This document shows, piece by piece, positions 25,490-37,529 of a DNA stretch of 64,000 bases. The stretch's first letter is position 1, and each line of letters opens with the position of its first letter. The notes below the pieces were generated by a model. That model worked only from the letters and a program-made list of their open reading frames with translations, was not told the DNA's origin and did no database searches. This DNA comes from Vicugna vicugna. Its lineage: Eukaryota. Position numbers and translations under genes: made by a program. Location of the stretch: NCBI GenBank assembly GCA_013265495.1, contig MU057700.1:496001-560000 (forward strand), in the 5' to 3' direction.

Positions 25490-26260
25490 TGACAACACAG
25501 ATGCACCTAAAATCAGATCACAGAAAAAGGTGAAGGGATAAAAGGTATACTCAGAGAATCCTAGCCCAAAATGTGAAGAAAAAAAAAGCTGGCATGGAAA
25601 TAGTCATCGCAGACACAGCAGAACGCAAGGCAGAAAGCATTAGTGAGGGTGACAGACAATACAGTTGTGTCCACCAATATGACTCACTGATCATGAACTT
25701 GTGTTCATTATATATAATAATATAATCTTGCAAATTCACAAGAATTTGCATAAAACCTACAAATTTGCCCCTCAGTGAAGCTTTAAAATATTTCAAAATT
25801 AAAAATGGATAGCTCAAGGACAAAAAATTAGTAAATAAAAGGAAAGGAAGTCTCTTGAAAGTTCAAAGAATGATATACAGCCCACACTCGGACCACAGTG
25901 CGGCAAGTTGGAAATCAACAATTAAGAAGTCGTTACAGGAAAGTGTGCTTGGCAATTTACAAATTACTCCTAAAGGACTGAACTCAAGATGGAATTTCAA
26001 ACCATTCAGTATAGTAAGACAGGATATAATATATAAACTACTGTATATTAAAACTTGTAGAATGCAGCTAAAGAAGTATTTAAAGGAAAATGTATAGCCT
26101 TGAATAGATTAATTGAACAGCAAGTATTTTGAAGTTTTTAAATTAAAAATCAGAAAAAGCAAAGAAGTGCTAAAATGCAGAAATTAATAAGTTTAAAAAA
26201 CATAAATAAAGTTAAAAGCTATTTCTATTTTTTTAGTACTAATGCAATTGATAAGGAAGA
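25490..26260 (+). mobile_element. Ancient L1 (L1ME/L1M5-like) ORF2 endonuclease-region remnant
   Basis: A-rich; aaaaaagctggcatggaaatagtcatcgcagac, gaccacagtgcggcaagttggaaatcaacaa and aatgcagctaaagaagtatttaaaggaaaatgtatagcctt parallel L1 ORF2. Confidence 0.75.
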
Positions 26261-27044
26261 AAGAAACCCTCTTCTGAGAATGCAGGCACCTGGGTGCCCT
26301 CCTCCTCCCCAGCCCTCCAAGCCTGGTCTCTGACCCGTGGAGTTACCCACTCAAGTTTTCAGGGCACCTGGGTGCTCTCTAAGGCCTTGTGGTTTGGACA
26401 GCCTGTGTTCTGTAAAACAGTAAGAGTAATTCCACTTGTCTCTGCCTGCTTTCTTTCCAGGGATACAGGGCAAGCAAAGAAGAGTTAAGGATGACCAAGC
26501 TCTTGGCCAGCCGTATAGCTCTATGTAACATAAGAATCAACATGAAGTAGCACATACGTTTATCACAAATGAGCAACTTGCCCAGCTCATCATTCGCTCA
26601 ACTTGTTGAATGAGCACCTGCTATGTGCTACGTGCTAAACCAGAGTTGTCACTCCTTCACCCACAAATGTGAAGAAGAGACCCCGTCAGTGGCGAGTGTG
26701 CTCCCCACAAGACAAAGGGCTCGGAAGACAGGATGATGTTCTGCTGTGGCCTCAAGCCCCATCTAGTGTCCATCCAGGTGCTCTGAATCCAGGGGTCTTC
26801 AGGAAGCAGAAGTTCTCACCAAAGGATCTGAATCAGGGAGGACCTACTCCCAGACTTAGCTGTCTGCTCTCCTGGTGTCTTTTCAGGAGCAGAGTCAAAC
26901 TCTCTGGTCTTTCCTCAGGCCTCTTAACATCAAGCACTTCCATAAAATGTCACCCTGCTGCTCCTCGCCAAATACTTTTCCCGGGGAAGTACATTTCCTC
27001 CTTATTCATCCATGTGAGATGCTATCAGCATCATCACCATCACC

Positions 27045-27155
27045 ATCACTTCATGGATGAGAGAACTAAGGCTCAGAGAGGATAAATAGACCACTCAGGA
27101 GCCTAGCACAGTGCGATGGAGTGGGGGTTTGAGCTGGGCACCCTGACTCCCAGCC
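27045..27155 (-). mobile_element. MIR SINE fragment
   Basis: catggatgagagaactaaggctcagagagga ... ggggtttgagctggg..ctgactcc. Confidence 0.65.
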
Positions 27156-29371
27156 TCCACCATCAGGTGCTGGCCTCAGGCTGCCCTGGTCCTCCCTCCA
27201 GGCACTGAGGCAGCCTCTGCCCGGGGCACAGCTTCTGCCCCTTGGCAGGGACAGGCCGTCCCCTTCAGAGCTACTCTACAAGCTTCGCTTCTCAGGGGCA
27301 CAGCCTTGTTGTATCAATCTTATCTGGCAGCAGAAAGGAGAGCTGGCAGCTGAATTTCAGAAAAGCGTCCTTTCCCAGTGGAGCCGGAGATAAGGAGGGC
27401 TGCATTAACCCCAGGTCCCGGCTGAAATTCTCCCTGTGCTCAGGAAGCGGCTGCAGAAATAGTCACAGGCTCCATCAGTCGCCCTCAGCAGCGGCCGTCG
27501 ATACACAGGCCTTGGGTAGGTGGCTGGTGGGGGAATCCATCTCCCTCCCCTTGATGTATGGGGGCACAGGGACCCTGACCATCTAGCTGTCAGGAATTTC
27601 TCATCTGCCCATGACTGTCCCCAAAGTGAGTGTTAATCAATAGGTCCAATCTGCGACCCCATCTATTCACACAGCCTGGTGACACAGCCCTGTCTTGCTC
27701 ACTGGAGGTGCTGTGTTCCTTGTCCTTCTGGGAGACAGGATCTTTGGGCTGTGGACCTCTACCTCTGCCCGGAAACATGCATCCTGCACACCGGGGCTCC
27801 CCCTCAGGCAGTTCTCAGCCCAAACCTGGTCAGCACCTCTGCTCTGCTCACGCTGGGCAATGAGGGCTCCAACGTGGTCGAGGGTGGCACTGTGCGTGTC
27901 CCCAAGGATGGATCAGCTGTGCAAACTGGCACTGGGATGGAGCTGGGGGACGTCCTGGCTTTAAATCCTGCTCCTGACTCTGTGGTCTCTTCTCTGGACT
28001 TGAGAGGGTCTAGGGCTGGCCAGTCTGTCACTCACTGGCCCTGACGGTTCCAGTTCCCTCCTGGGGTTACTGGCATGGGGAAGTCGGTCGTGTGGGTGTC
28101 TCACGGGGCCTGGGAGATGCCTTTAACTCCCACTGCAGGTCAGGGCACTTCCCTACCTTTGTCTCCCTCTGCTCTTGGTCCCCAGGACAGTACCTCTCCC
28201 TGCCTGCCCCCTGCCTGTTCTCCCCACAGTGGCTCTGAGCTGGTGTGGGTGCTGGAGTTGGAGGCTTTCAGAGGTGCAGAGCCTCAGGAAGGGCATGTGG
28301 GGATGCCTGAGGCTCTGCAAGTTGGGGGCCACCTGCAGGGGAGGCTGGAGGAGGCAGGGGCTCTCAAGGCTCCAGTGACCGATGGCCTGTGTGATTCCTC
28401 TGGGCTGTGCTCAGCTCCAGGGCACGCACTCTCAGGAAATCTCAGGGGCCCTTTCAAATCACTCAGGGTCAACCCAGGGCAGCTTGGAAGGAGGCTGGCA
28501 CCCCTGCTGGAGAAGCAGCCCCTCCCTTCCCACGTGGCCCCTCAGGCCTGGCCTCACCGTAGGGAGAGGTCCGGTGGCCCTTGCAGGCTGCCTCGCTAGG
28601 GTGCGCCTGGGGCCCCAACCCTTGGTCCCAGGGGGCCCACCTCACCCCCAGGCACTCAGAGCCCAGAGGGGATGGGGGATTGGGCTTCCAGTCTTCAGCT
28701 CTCTCCCCTCTTCTCTTAGGAGTGGGGGTTGAGCCCCGGTGTCCTGGCCTTGGGCAGGGTTTCTGGAAGGCCCTGAGGGAGGTCAATGGGAGGGCCATGG
28801 GTTTTAGAAATCAGCTACAGCAGAGTGTGAAGGCAGAGCCACAGCAAGGCTGCTTCCCCTGGACCACGGGCTCTTCTGTAAAGTGGGACTGGAGCTGTGC
28901 CGGAGGGGCAATTCTAAACAGCAAAGATCTCAGAATGGACAGTCTTGAGAGCCCGACCCCTTTGATAATGTACTTTTAGCCTCTCCGCAAGGCTCTGTGG
29001 TCATTTCTGGGGCCCCAGAAGGCACAGCTTGAATCTGCAAGGCCTCATTTGTTCCCTGCTGCCCGCCCCACCTTCTGCCTCGGCCACTGCCCGCTGACGG
29101 GCTGCCTCAGGATGCGCCTTCGGTGTCCAGGCCTGGGGTGGGGAGAAGGCCTCACTGATCAGCTCCGGCTCTGCCGGACCCAGTTTTCCAAGTCCCTCTG
29201 AACAGCCCACCAACTGCTGCCTCTAGCCTCCTCTCTCCAGGGGCCCAGAGGGAGGCAGAGAGAGGAAGGGGCTCTCTCTTCTTCTTGATGCCTGCTATTC
29301 CCCCAGCCAAGAAGCCCCACCTTCCCAGTGATGAAAGTCTTCATGAACATAGATGTATTGTCTGTGTTCGT

Positions 29372-29382
29372 GAGAGAGAGAC

Positions 29383-29417
<35 letters not shown>

Positions 29418-29436
29418 CAGAGACAGAGACAGAGAG
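29372..29436. repeat. (GA)n/(GAGACA)n microsatellite
   Basis: Read directly from the sequence. Confidence 0.95.
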
Positions 29437-30295
29437 TCAGATGGTATCACGGTCTTGGTGGCCAAATCCCGCACTTACTGAGAGTGTGGGGATGGGAACA
29501 AGAAAGAGAAGACACCACGCAACCTGCAGACTCCAACCCAGAGGAAGGGTGTGGACTCATGGTGGTAGTGAGTCCACTGGATAGTGTAAGAGGCTTAGTG
29601 AGTGGGGGTGGGGGACACGGGACACGGTCCCCTACCCTAGGGTGTCAGAGCCAGTAGCATGGCCCACAGTTGACAGGATGTTCCATCCCGATCCGGCCCT
29701 TCCTGGATCAAGCCAGCCTTGAGCCAGATGCCAGCTTGGAGAGCATGAAGTGGCTACATTTCAGCCTCTGTTTGTCCCTCAATGGAGCATCTTTGGGCAG
29801 TTGTCCGTGGAAGCCCTGACTTTCTCGTCCTGTTAGACATGCTGACATCCCAAGTTGGAATCTCCTGCTGGAACCCAGCTCTGTCAATCCAAGAGATGGG
29901 GCAAAATATTTCTCTTCAAGGAAGCTGAACCCTTACAATGGAGGAGACCCAGCAGCCAGCACCTCACCACGCAATGGGACTGGCGGTGGCTGAGCTCTCT
30001 GAGAGCCTCCTGGTCAACACGAAGGGAGCCTTGCCTATGGGGTAGTCTCCCCCAGATGGGCTACGTCTCTAATCAAGCTACCAGGCCTAACTTCTAGTTT
30101 ATAGATAACATGGAGGGTAGAGGAAAAAGTTCAATGACATCATGAGTCAGCGATCAGGCAGATCCCGCACATGGGCCTTCCATGAAACAATGGGCCTGGA
30201 GTCTTCAAAAAGACAACATTGTAAACAGGACTGATCTCATCTAAAAAGACCACAGGGGTAGAACCAAAGGTTCCAGGGTTGATTTGGACTTTTTA

Positions 30296-30470
30296 TTTCT
30301 TTTTTTATATTAAAAAGTTTTTTTATTTGTTTGGTTTTTTGGGGGGTGAAGGAGGTAATTAGGTTCATTCATTTATTCATTTATTATTATTTTTAATAGA
30401 AGTACTGGGAATTGAACCCAGGACCATATGCATGCTAAGCATGCGCTCTACCACTGAGCTATACCCTCCT
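30296..30470 (-). mobile_element. tRNA-derived SINE, Vic-1-type (camelid)
   Basis: The reverse complement reads gagggtatagctcagtggtagagcgcatgcttagcatgcat..ggtcctgggttcaattcccagtac (A and B boxes) plus an AT-rich tail. Flanking repeat ggacttttta at 30,286-30,295 and 30,475-30,484. Confidence 0.85.
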
Positions 30471-30780
30471 CACAGGACTTTTTAAAAGGATGTGCTGAAC
30501 TGCATCATGAGAACACAGTCTGCAAAGTCCATACTTTCATAGGAGGAAGGGCTCAGGTTCTTCCATGGATACAGTGTAAGGAAGAGAAAGGGATGGAGAA
30601 GGAACTTACAGACTAAAAGAGATTTAAACACATCAACACAGTGGGCAAGCCTGATCTATATGGTCTAGAGTGGCATACTTGGGTGTAAAAAACTGTAAAG
30701 AGACTCAAGGAGAATAATGACTATAAAAATAAGAACAGTGAGTACTTTTGGAAGGAGGGAGCTGGTTTGTTGTGGAAAAA

Positions 30781-31255
30781 TGTGTTACAGCTCAGTGTCA
30801 CAGCTCAGTTGTGACAGCAACCTGGATCCAGGCAAGAGACCAAGCAACACTCAGAGAGTAGGAGAACCCAGGTCTATTATGCCAGCAGGCCCAGAGAAGT
30901 TAACACTCCAAGCCCTGGACCCTGTCTGTGCATTTACACAGGCCTTTATAGGCTGCCAGTTTTACACTTTGCAACATCATATGCAAATAAAGTATAACAG
31001 AAGTTGACCAACCAGGAACAAGCTTTGTAGAAATAGACCAATCAGGAGGGAGAGAAATAACCAATCAGGAGTGAGCTCCATGCAAATAAAGTACTACAAA
31101 TGGACCAGTCAGAAGTTAGGGAAGTGGACCAATCAGAAGTGAGAGTAATAACCAATCAGGAGTGAAGGAAATAACCAATCAGAAATGAGCTCAGGGAACC
31201 AATAGAATTTTAGGGGTAAGTAAACTGTTTCAGAGGCAAAAAGTGATAAGAGCCC
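30781..31255 (-). mobile_element. ERV solo LTR with CCAAT/octamer array
   Basis: Minus-strand TATA (cctataaagg) and degenerate poly-A signal; five exact CCAATCAG and two ATGCAAAT in the U3-equivalent part. It interrupts an old L1. Confidence 0.7.
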
Positions 31256-31351
31256 AGCTGGTTGAGTTTGGAATGAGGCACAAGGGAAGGGGGTATTCTG
31301 GGTTGGCTGGAAAAGTACAATTTCTTGGCCTGGATGGTGGTTACAAGAGTG

Positions 31352-31468
31352 TTCTTTTTAATTGAAATGTAGTTATTTTACAATATTGGGGTATTTTCAG
31401 TTGTTAAACATAGTGATTTAGAATTTTATAGATTACACTCCATATAAAGTTCTTTAAAATATTGTTAA
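31352..31468 (-). mobile_element. Short L1 3' tail
   Basis: ttttaattgaaatgtagtt..ttacaatatt..ttcag..acatagtgatt is a typical antisense L1 terminus. Confidence 0.7.
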
Positions 31469-31710
31469 AAATAAAATAAAATAAAAAATAAAAGGATGTA
31501 AAATAGATTCTCGGGTTGATTTGGGACATCTGAGTATGGAGCAGAGCCATTCTTAATTTTCTAAGGTATCATAATGGAATATAAGGAAATGTCCACACTC
31601 TTGTGTGATTCAGGCTGAAATAGTTAGGGGTGAAGTAGTCATGATATTTGTAACTATATTTCCAGTCATTTAGTAAAATTATCTGTGCATCTGTGTGTAT
31701 AGATGAGTAC

Positions 31711-31711
<1 letters not shown>

Positions 31712-31748
<37 letters not shown>

Positions 31749-31758
31749 TGTGTGTGTG
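31712..31758. repeat. (TG)n microsatellite
   Basis: Read directly from the sequence. Confidence 0.95.
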
Positions 31759-34016
31759 CAAAGAGAGAGACAAAGGGAAAGAAGAGAGGAAATGCCAACG
31801 TGGCAAAAGTTAACAGTTTGAACAATGGCTCAGTCCAGGTGTGTTTGTACCATTCTTTCAACTCTCCAACTTCTGTGCTTGATACTTTTCATTATAAAAT
31901 GTGGGGTACGGAAGTGCCTCATGGGCCAGCCCCGCCAGGTACCTTTGACCTTGGAGTCCCATCCCTGCTGTTCCCTGCCTGGAGCCCCCCTCCCTCACCC
32001 CACTCCACCCTTCACCCCTGTAAGCCTCACTTCACCAGGGAGCCTTTCCTGGTTGCTGGGTAGTGCTGGCACGGCCACGTGGCAGGGTCCTGTCCTTTCT
32101 CATTTGATGTCCCTTTTATCAACCCAGAGTGACTGGGATGCTCTCTGCCAGGTTAGAACCTGATAACTGCGGACGACCGATGGCAGCTACCTGGTCCACT
32201 GGAGACAGGGGACGCTGCCTCAAGGGGAGGGAGTGGCCAACACCAGCCACGGGGCCATTCCCTCTCAATAGCTGTTGTCCTTTCCCCAAAACAGTGTGGT
32301 TGCACTGACCTGGGTCAGGCTTGGCCTGGACACCCCCAGTGCCCCTTGGGGATCACTCATTTCCCACCCTGGGTCATATTCTTCCTATGCTGTGTTTAAA
32401 ACCAAGCCTAAGTCTGTGTGGGTCACACCATGATGAAGCCTCCTTGGTGCATCCTAGAGCCAGCAAAGCCCTGTTGCTCTGGTCTCTGGACACGCCCACC
32501 TAGGCTGGGCCATCCTTCCTTGCTGGGGCAGGGCTCCTTGACCCTGGAGAAGTGAAAGGTGGGCTCTCTGGGGTACTGCCCTTTTCCCTGCAAAGCACCT
32601 GGGAGGGCCCAAGAGCAGCTCCACATGACACAGCACCCTATTCAAGGATATTTTTCATTTGGCGCAAATTAAATGTGTTCTGAAAAGAAGTCAATAGAGC
32701 TGAATTTGATAATGTCCAGTCCTTCCTAATGGGGAATGTGGCAATTTTCTGATAAAGGAATGAGAGTTCCAGACCCTGGCAATGAACTGCCCAGTTGGAT
32801 CCCCAGCCAGCTCCCCAGCCTGCGTGTGGTCTTTGGAGGGGGCCCATACACCCCATCCCACCCCTCCCCAGGCCCATCCAGCCTGAGCCCAGAGGGTGCT
32901 GAGTCCTGGACCCTCACAGCTCTCCGGGGTCAGACTGATCCCCAATGACAGGCACATTGGCTTCCCAAGGCTTCCTTTGGGCCAAGAGGAAAGTTTGGCT
33001 TCCAGGAACCATAGAAGGTCAGAGCTGCTGCGGCTGCAGGAGTGTGGGTGGGGACTCAGACCTTCAAGCCCAGGCTGCCTGCTTTCTTGGTGAGTCAGAA
33101 AGATGCCCTTGTCCTCCTCAAGGTCAAGGCAAGGAAACCCCAGTTTATGATCACTCCAAGAGACCTTACTGAGCCTCTGTCTCCAGTTTATTGCTTCTTT
33201 AGGTTTTCAGGAGGGCACTGCACACCAGCTGAGACAGCCCTCCACAGGGCTAATGCTGGACCACAGTAAGTTCTCATTGCAGGAGCCCCCGCAAGGCAGC
33301 AGCCCCAAGGCCCACCCAGAACTGTAGGCACAGCCAGAGAGAAGCATGTGAGCAGCTGGGGGCATGGGGAGCCCAGCCGCACCCTCCAGATCCCAGCAGA
33401 GCAGACCTGGGTGTGGCAGCCAGTGGTCCAGGGCCCCAGCACTGCCCACCTAGCTGCCCCTGGAAGGGATCCCCAGCCTGAGCCACAGCAAGGGGCCTGC
33501 AGAAACACAGCAAAATTGTCATATGGCCAGCTCTGATCTCTCACGAGGCCCAGTAGTGACAGTGGGGTCAAGGACAGACGGATACTTGAATCCAGGCCCC
33601 TGACAGAAGGGAAGAGGCCCACGCCCTGCTGGGCTTCATCTTGGGGACAGTCCTGCTCTTTAGAGAAGCACTTTCCTCCTGCATTGAAATCTGGGTGGCA
33701 TGGGCTCAGCTTGGATAAGGGCCTTCTACTCCCTGGTGCGCCCTGGAAGAGTGGTGGGCACGTTCATTAGGGAAGGTCACCACACCACACAGACGTCCAT
33801 TCAACTCACCCTCATGATGATTTTGGAGCAAAGACAGACACTCTGTACTTCACAGGTGAAGAAACTGAGGCCTGAGGACAGAAAAGACTCAGGTCTGAGA
33901 TATGAGGCCTCTCCCTGGGGGTTTCTGCAAGGACTCTGACCCCAGTGCACCCCTGCTGGGCCTGGTGTATTCTCGTGAGGGACCATGGGGCTGGGTGTCC
34001 TCACTTCCCTCTCAGC

Positions 34017-34376
34017 TGTGCATGTGCAAATTGCATGTGGTGGGTATATGCGGGGGGATGTGGTGTGTATGTGGCACGTGTGATGTGTGCATGTAGTGTC
34101 TGTGTAAAAGGGGGTGTGTGAGTGGTATATGTGTACACGTGTGCATGTGTGTGGTATATATGGCACATGTGTATGTGTGTATGATGTGTGTATACATGTG
34201 TGAGATGTGTGTGCATCTGTGTGTGATGTGTGCCATGTGTGTGGTGCATGTATACATGTGTGATGTGAGGGGTGTATGTGTGTGTCTGTGTGTGATGTGT
34301 GACATGTGTATGTGTGTGGTGTGTGTATACGTGTGTGAGATGTGAGGGGCGTGTGTATGGCTGTATATGTATGTGG
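34017..34376. repeat. Degenerate TG-rich low-complexity repeat
   Basis: About 360 bp of imperfect tgtg/tgtgatgtg/catgtg units. Confidence 0.9.
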
Positions 34377-35560
34377 CACCTGACTGCTGAGACCGTCCGT
34401 GTCCTCCAACAACAGGGTTCAGGGTTCCCAGCATCTACCTGCACACTGAGCTGCCTGAGACAGGATGCCTGGAGGACATTTGCCAGCCCCAGGTGAGTGA
34501 GCCCTGGGGTCCTCCTGGCCTCTGGGTTGCTCCCCTGGGTCCACTCCACAACCCTATGTGCCAGCATAGAGGGGTCAGGGTTCCCTAGAAGCCAGGTCTG
34601 CCTCACCTCTTGGGACCCTGGAGTGCACAAGGGTGCAGGGAGTGGATGGGTGCAAGAGCTGGCCTTTTCCATCACCTCTGGACCTGGCTTCCCTGCTGGG
34701 GAGAGAGCACTGCCGGGTCCCTGACTACGGCATGTCCACCTGGCCTCTGCTTGTTCTCGGCAGCCTCAGCACTGGACAGGTCTATCCTAGGAACATGCTG
34801 GAGCCTGCCAGGGCCAGCTCACTGGAATTGTCACCTGTGGCCTCTCTGGGACTCTCCTGGGGCTTCCCCGAGCAGCCCGGCCTTCCCACGGGCCACGCTG
34901 ACAGTAGGGGTCCAGCTTGCAGAGGAAGGAGAGGTGGGCTCTCTGGGCAGCTTGGCAGCTGGTGAAGGGGGTGGGCCCAAAAGACAAAGGGTAGGAAAGC
35001 AGGAGCCTACATCAAGAAGGCTACCTGGCAAGGACCCACTGAGGCAGCAGAGGGGCTGCTTAACATGGCCCCAAAGAAGCGGCACCCCAAGTGCCCCTGG
35101 GGTATGGCCCCAAGAGCAGATGTCCTGGCCTGAGCACCGTGATTGGCGGGGTGGCCCTGAGAAGGCCGGGGCTGCACTAAGGACTGTGTGGGAGTTGGAG
35201 GGGGGCCCACAGAGCCTCCAGCCAGTCTGCCCCCAGCCCAGCTCATCTCTGGTGACAAGGCCAGGGAATCAGTCTCTTGTCCCCATCACCACTGCCAACT
35301 TGCCCAAGAGAGAGCCCGTTGCCCAGGCCATTAGCTTTGCCTTCGGACTGTGCCCAGAGAAAGAAGTCTTTCCTTCCTGGGGATGCTTCTAGCAGGCAGG
35401 TGCCAAATGCATGTGAGAAATGGGAAGTGCTGTGAGGACTCTGTGTCCTCGTGTCCTCCGTGCTGGCCCTCGTGTCCTCCTGCTGGATGTCACTCCCAGG
35501 AGGCATGGGCCTGCATCAGGCAGTGTCAAGGGGACTTCTCCTGCTGTTGTGATTCATGGT

Positions 35561-35731
35561 CAAGGGCTTGCAAACTGCAACCCATGAGTCTTGTCCAGGG
35601 GTGACCAGTCTGTACAACTAATGTACATTAACTGTGCCTCTTTTCACTCAAGTGGCTGTGACGGAGACCCTGTGGCCCACAAAGCTGAAAATATTTCCTG
35701 TCTGTCTCCAAGGAAAAACTTGCCAGCCCTG
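35561..35731 (+). mobile_element. MER58A-like hAT-Charlie MITE
   Basis: Imperfect TIRs caagggcttgcaaact ... aacttgccagccctg and internal gagaccctgtggcccacaaagctgaaaatattt. Confidence 0.8.
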
Positions 35732-35774
35732 TGTATTAGAAGCACACACTATGATAGGCTTAAAAGTCCTGCAG

Positions 35775-37170
35775 CCCCTGGATCTGACTGCCAATTTGCA
35801 GAAAATACACAGGTCAGAGGAAGATGTCATACATATACCACCATGGGGGTGCAATCAACCAAATGCAGATGTGAGGACCCTCAGGAAAACATTTCTGCAA
35901 TGAATATTCCAGAGAATAAAAGATGGGGTGAGGCAGCAAAGATAGACTAAAAGAATGGGCCTTTCTTGGATCTGGTTCAAATAAACTGTGAAAAGAACTT
36001 CGTGTAAATCAAAACTACAATGAGGTATCACCTCACACCAGTCAGAATGGTCATCGTTAAAAAGCCCATAAATGATAAATGTGGAGACTGTGTGGAGAAA
36101 AAGGAACCTTCCAACGCTGCTGGTGGGATTGTAAATTGATGCAGCCACTAAGGAGGACAGTATGGAGATTCCTCAAAAAACTAAAAATAGACTTATCATA
36201 TGATCCAGTGATTCCACTCCTGGGCATATATCCAGAGGAAAATGTAATTCAAAAAGACACATGCACCCCAATGTTCACAGCAGCACTATTTACAACAGCC
36301 AAGACATGAGAACAACCCAAATGTCCATTGACAGATGACTGGATAAAGAAGATGTGGTATACACACACATACACACACACAAACACAAACAATGGAATAC
36401 TACTCAGCCATAAAAAGGATGAAATATTGCCAATTGCAGCAACATGGAGGTTGTCATTTTAAGTGAAGTAAGTCAGAAAGAGAAAAAAATACCATGTGAT
36501 ATCACTTATATGTAGAATCTTAAAAAAAAAGGACAAAAGTGAACTTATCTACAAAACAGAAATAGACTCAAAGCATAGAGAACAGACTTATGGTTACCGG
36601 CTGGGCAAGGGATGGGAAGGATAAGTTGGGAATTTAAAATTTGCACCTCTTGGGGAGTGATGGAAATGTTAGCTATCTTGATTGTAGTGGTTGGTTTCAT
36701 TGGTGTATACATCCATCAAAAGTCATCAAATTGTATAGCTGAAATGTGTCTAGTTTACTGTACAGGAATAATAGCACCACAGTAAAGGTGTTAAAATAAA
36801 CATTTTAAAAATGTTAAAAAAAAAGAACTTTTGTGGGACAATTGGAAATGTGAACACTGGATATCTGATGAAAATAAGAAATGATGGTTAATTTTTCAGG
36901 TGTGATAACAGTATTGTGCTTATGTTTTAAAAGTGTCTATTTTTGAAATATGATATGTACTGTAATGTTTATGGATGAAATGATATGCTATCTTGGATTT
37001 GCTTCAAAATAACAAAAAAGGGGAGTGGTTGGGATATGGAGAGGGCAGGAAAGACTGTAGATTGATGGTTTGGAGGCCAAATGATGGTATCTAGGGGCAC
37101 ATTATACAATTCTGTCCACTTTTACATATGTTTGGGATTCTCCATAATGAAGAGTTAATATAATAAAATG
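35775..37170 (+). mobile_element. Ancient L1MC/ME 3' region split by the L1 at 36,001-36,820
   Basis: ctgccaatttgcagaaaatacac ... tggatctggttcaaataaactgt on the left; ggacaattggaaatgtgaacactggatatctgatga ... ggattctccataat on the right. Confidence 0.7.
36001..36820 (+). mobile_element. 5'-truncated L1 with atypical 3' tail; TSD aaaagaactt
   Basis: ORF2 C-terminal remnant ([48 protein letters not shown]). TSD at 35,991-36,000 and 36,821-36,830. Confidence 0.92.
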
Positions 37171-37529
37171 AAACAAGGCAGACCCAAAGGGATGGAGAGA
37201 TGTTCCTCAGCATCCCCCAGCGGCAGTTACACCAACCCATTCTCCGGTCCTGGGGCCGTCCTCGCATCCCTGCTCTAAGGGATGGGGGACCTGGCCAGCA
37301 CCAGACATGGCCAGCAGGGAAACCGCTCATCAGCCTGGACTGCACAGGAGTGGAGTCTGCCCAGCCCAAGCAGGAGCAGAGCACATGTCCAGCAGGCTTC
37401 CTCCTGGATTCAGAGGTCAGCCAGCCAGTAACCATTGTTTCCTGACAAAGAGAATAAGGAGGAAAATTGGGGGGTGGAAGGACAGGAGAGAAGAGAAGAA
37501 ATGAAAAAGGAGAAATAGCCATGAAAGCA

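Larger units (their letters stand above)
29930..31905 (+). mobile_element. Ancient L1MC/ME 3' region fragments, interrupted by a SINE, an LTR and an L1 tail
   Basis: ttctagtttataga, ctggagtcttcaaaaa, agactaaaagagatttaaacacatcaac, aatgtccacactcttg...ggctgaaatagttaggggtgaag, tttcattataaaatgt. Confidence 0.6.

Noticed and set aside
26669..27085. ORF with a poly-His tract
   Set aside because: The His run comes from a short (CAT/CAC)n repeat at the edge of a MIR, and there is no other coding signal.
33801..34675. Long His/Thr-rich minus-strand ORFs (203 and 224 aa)
   Set aside because: They are translations of the TG-rich low-complexity tract, with no sign of a real gene.
34610..35392. Longest ORF in the track (260 aa)
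   Set aside because: It starts at a non-ATG codon in GC-rich DNA where stops are rare, has Pro/Gly/Ala/Ser-rich composition and no recognisable domain. The same applies to the many overlapping ORFs across 8-18 kb and 27-29 kb.
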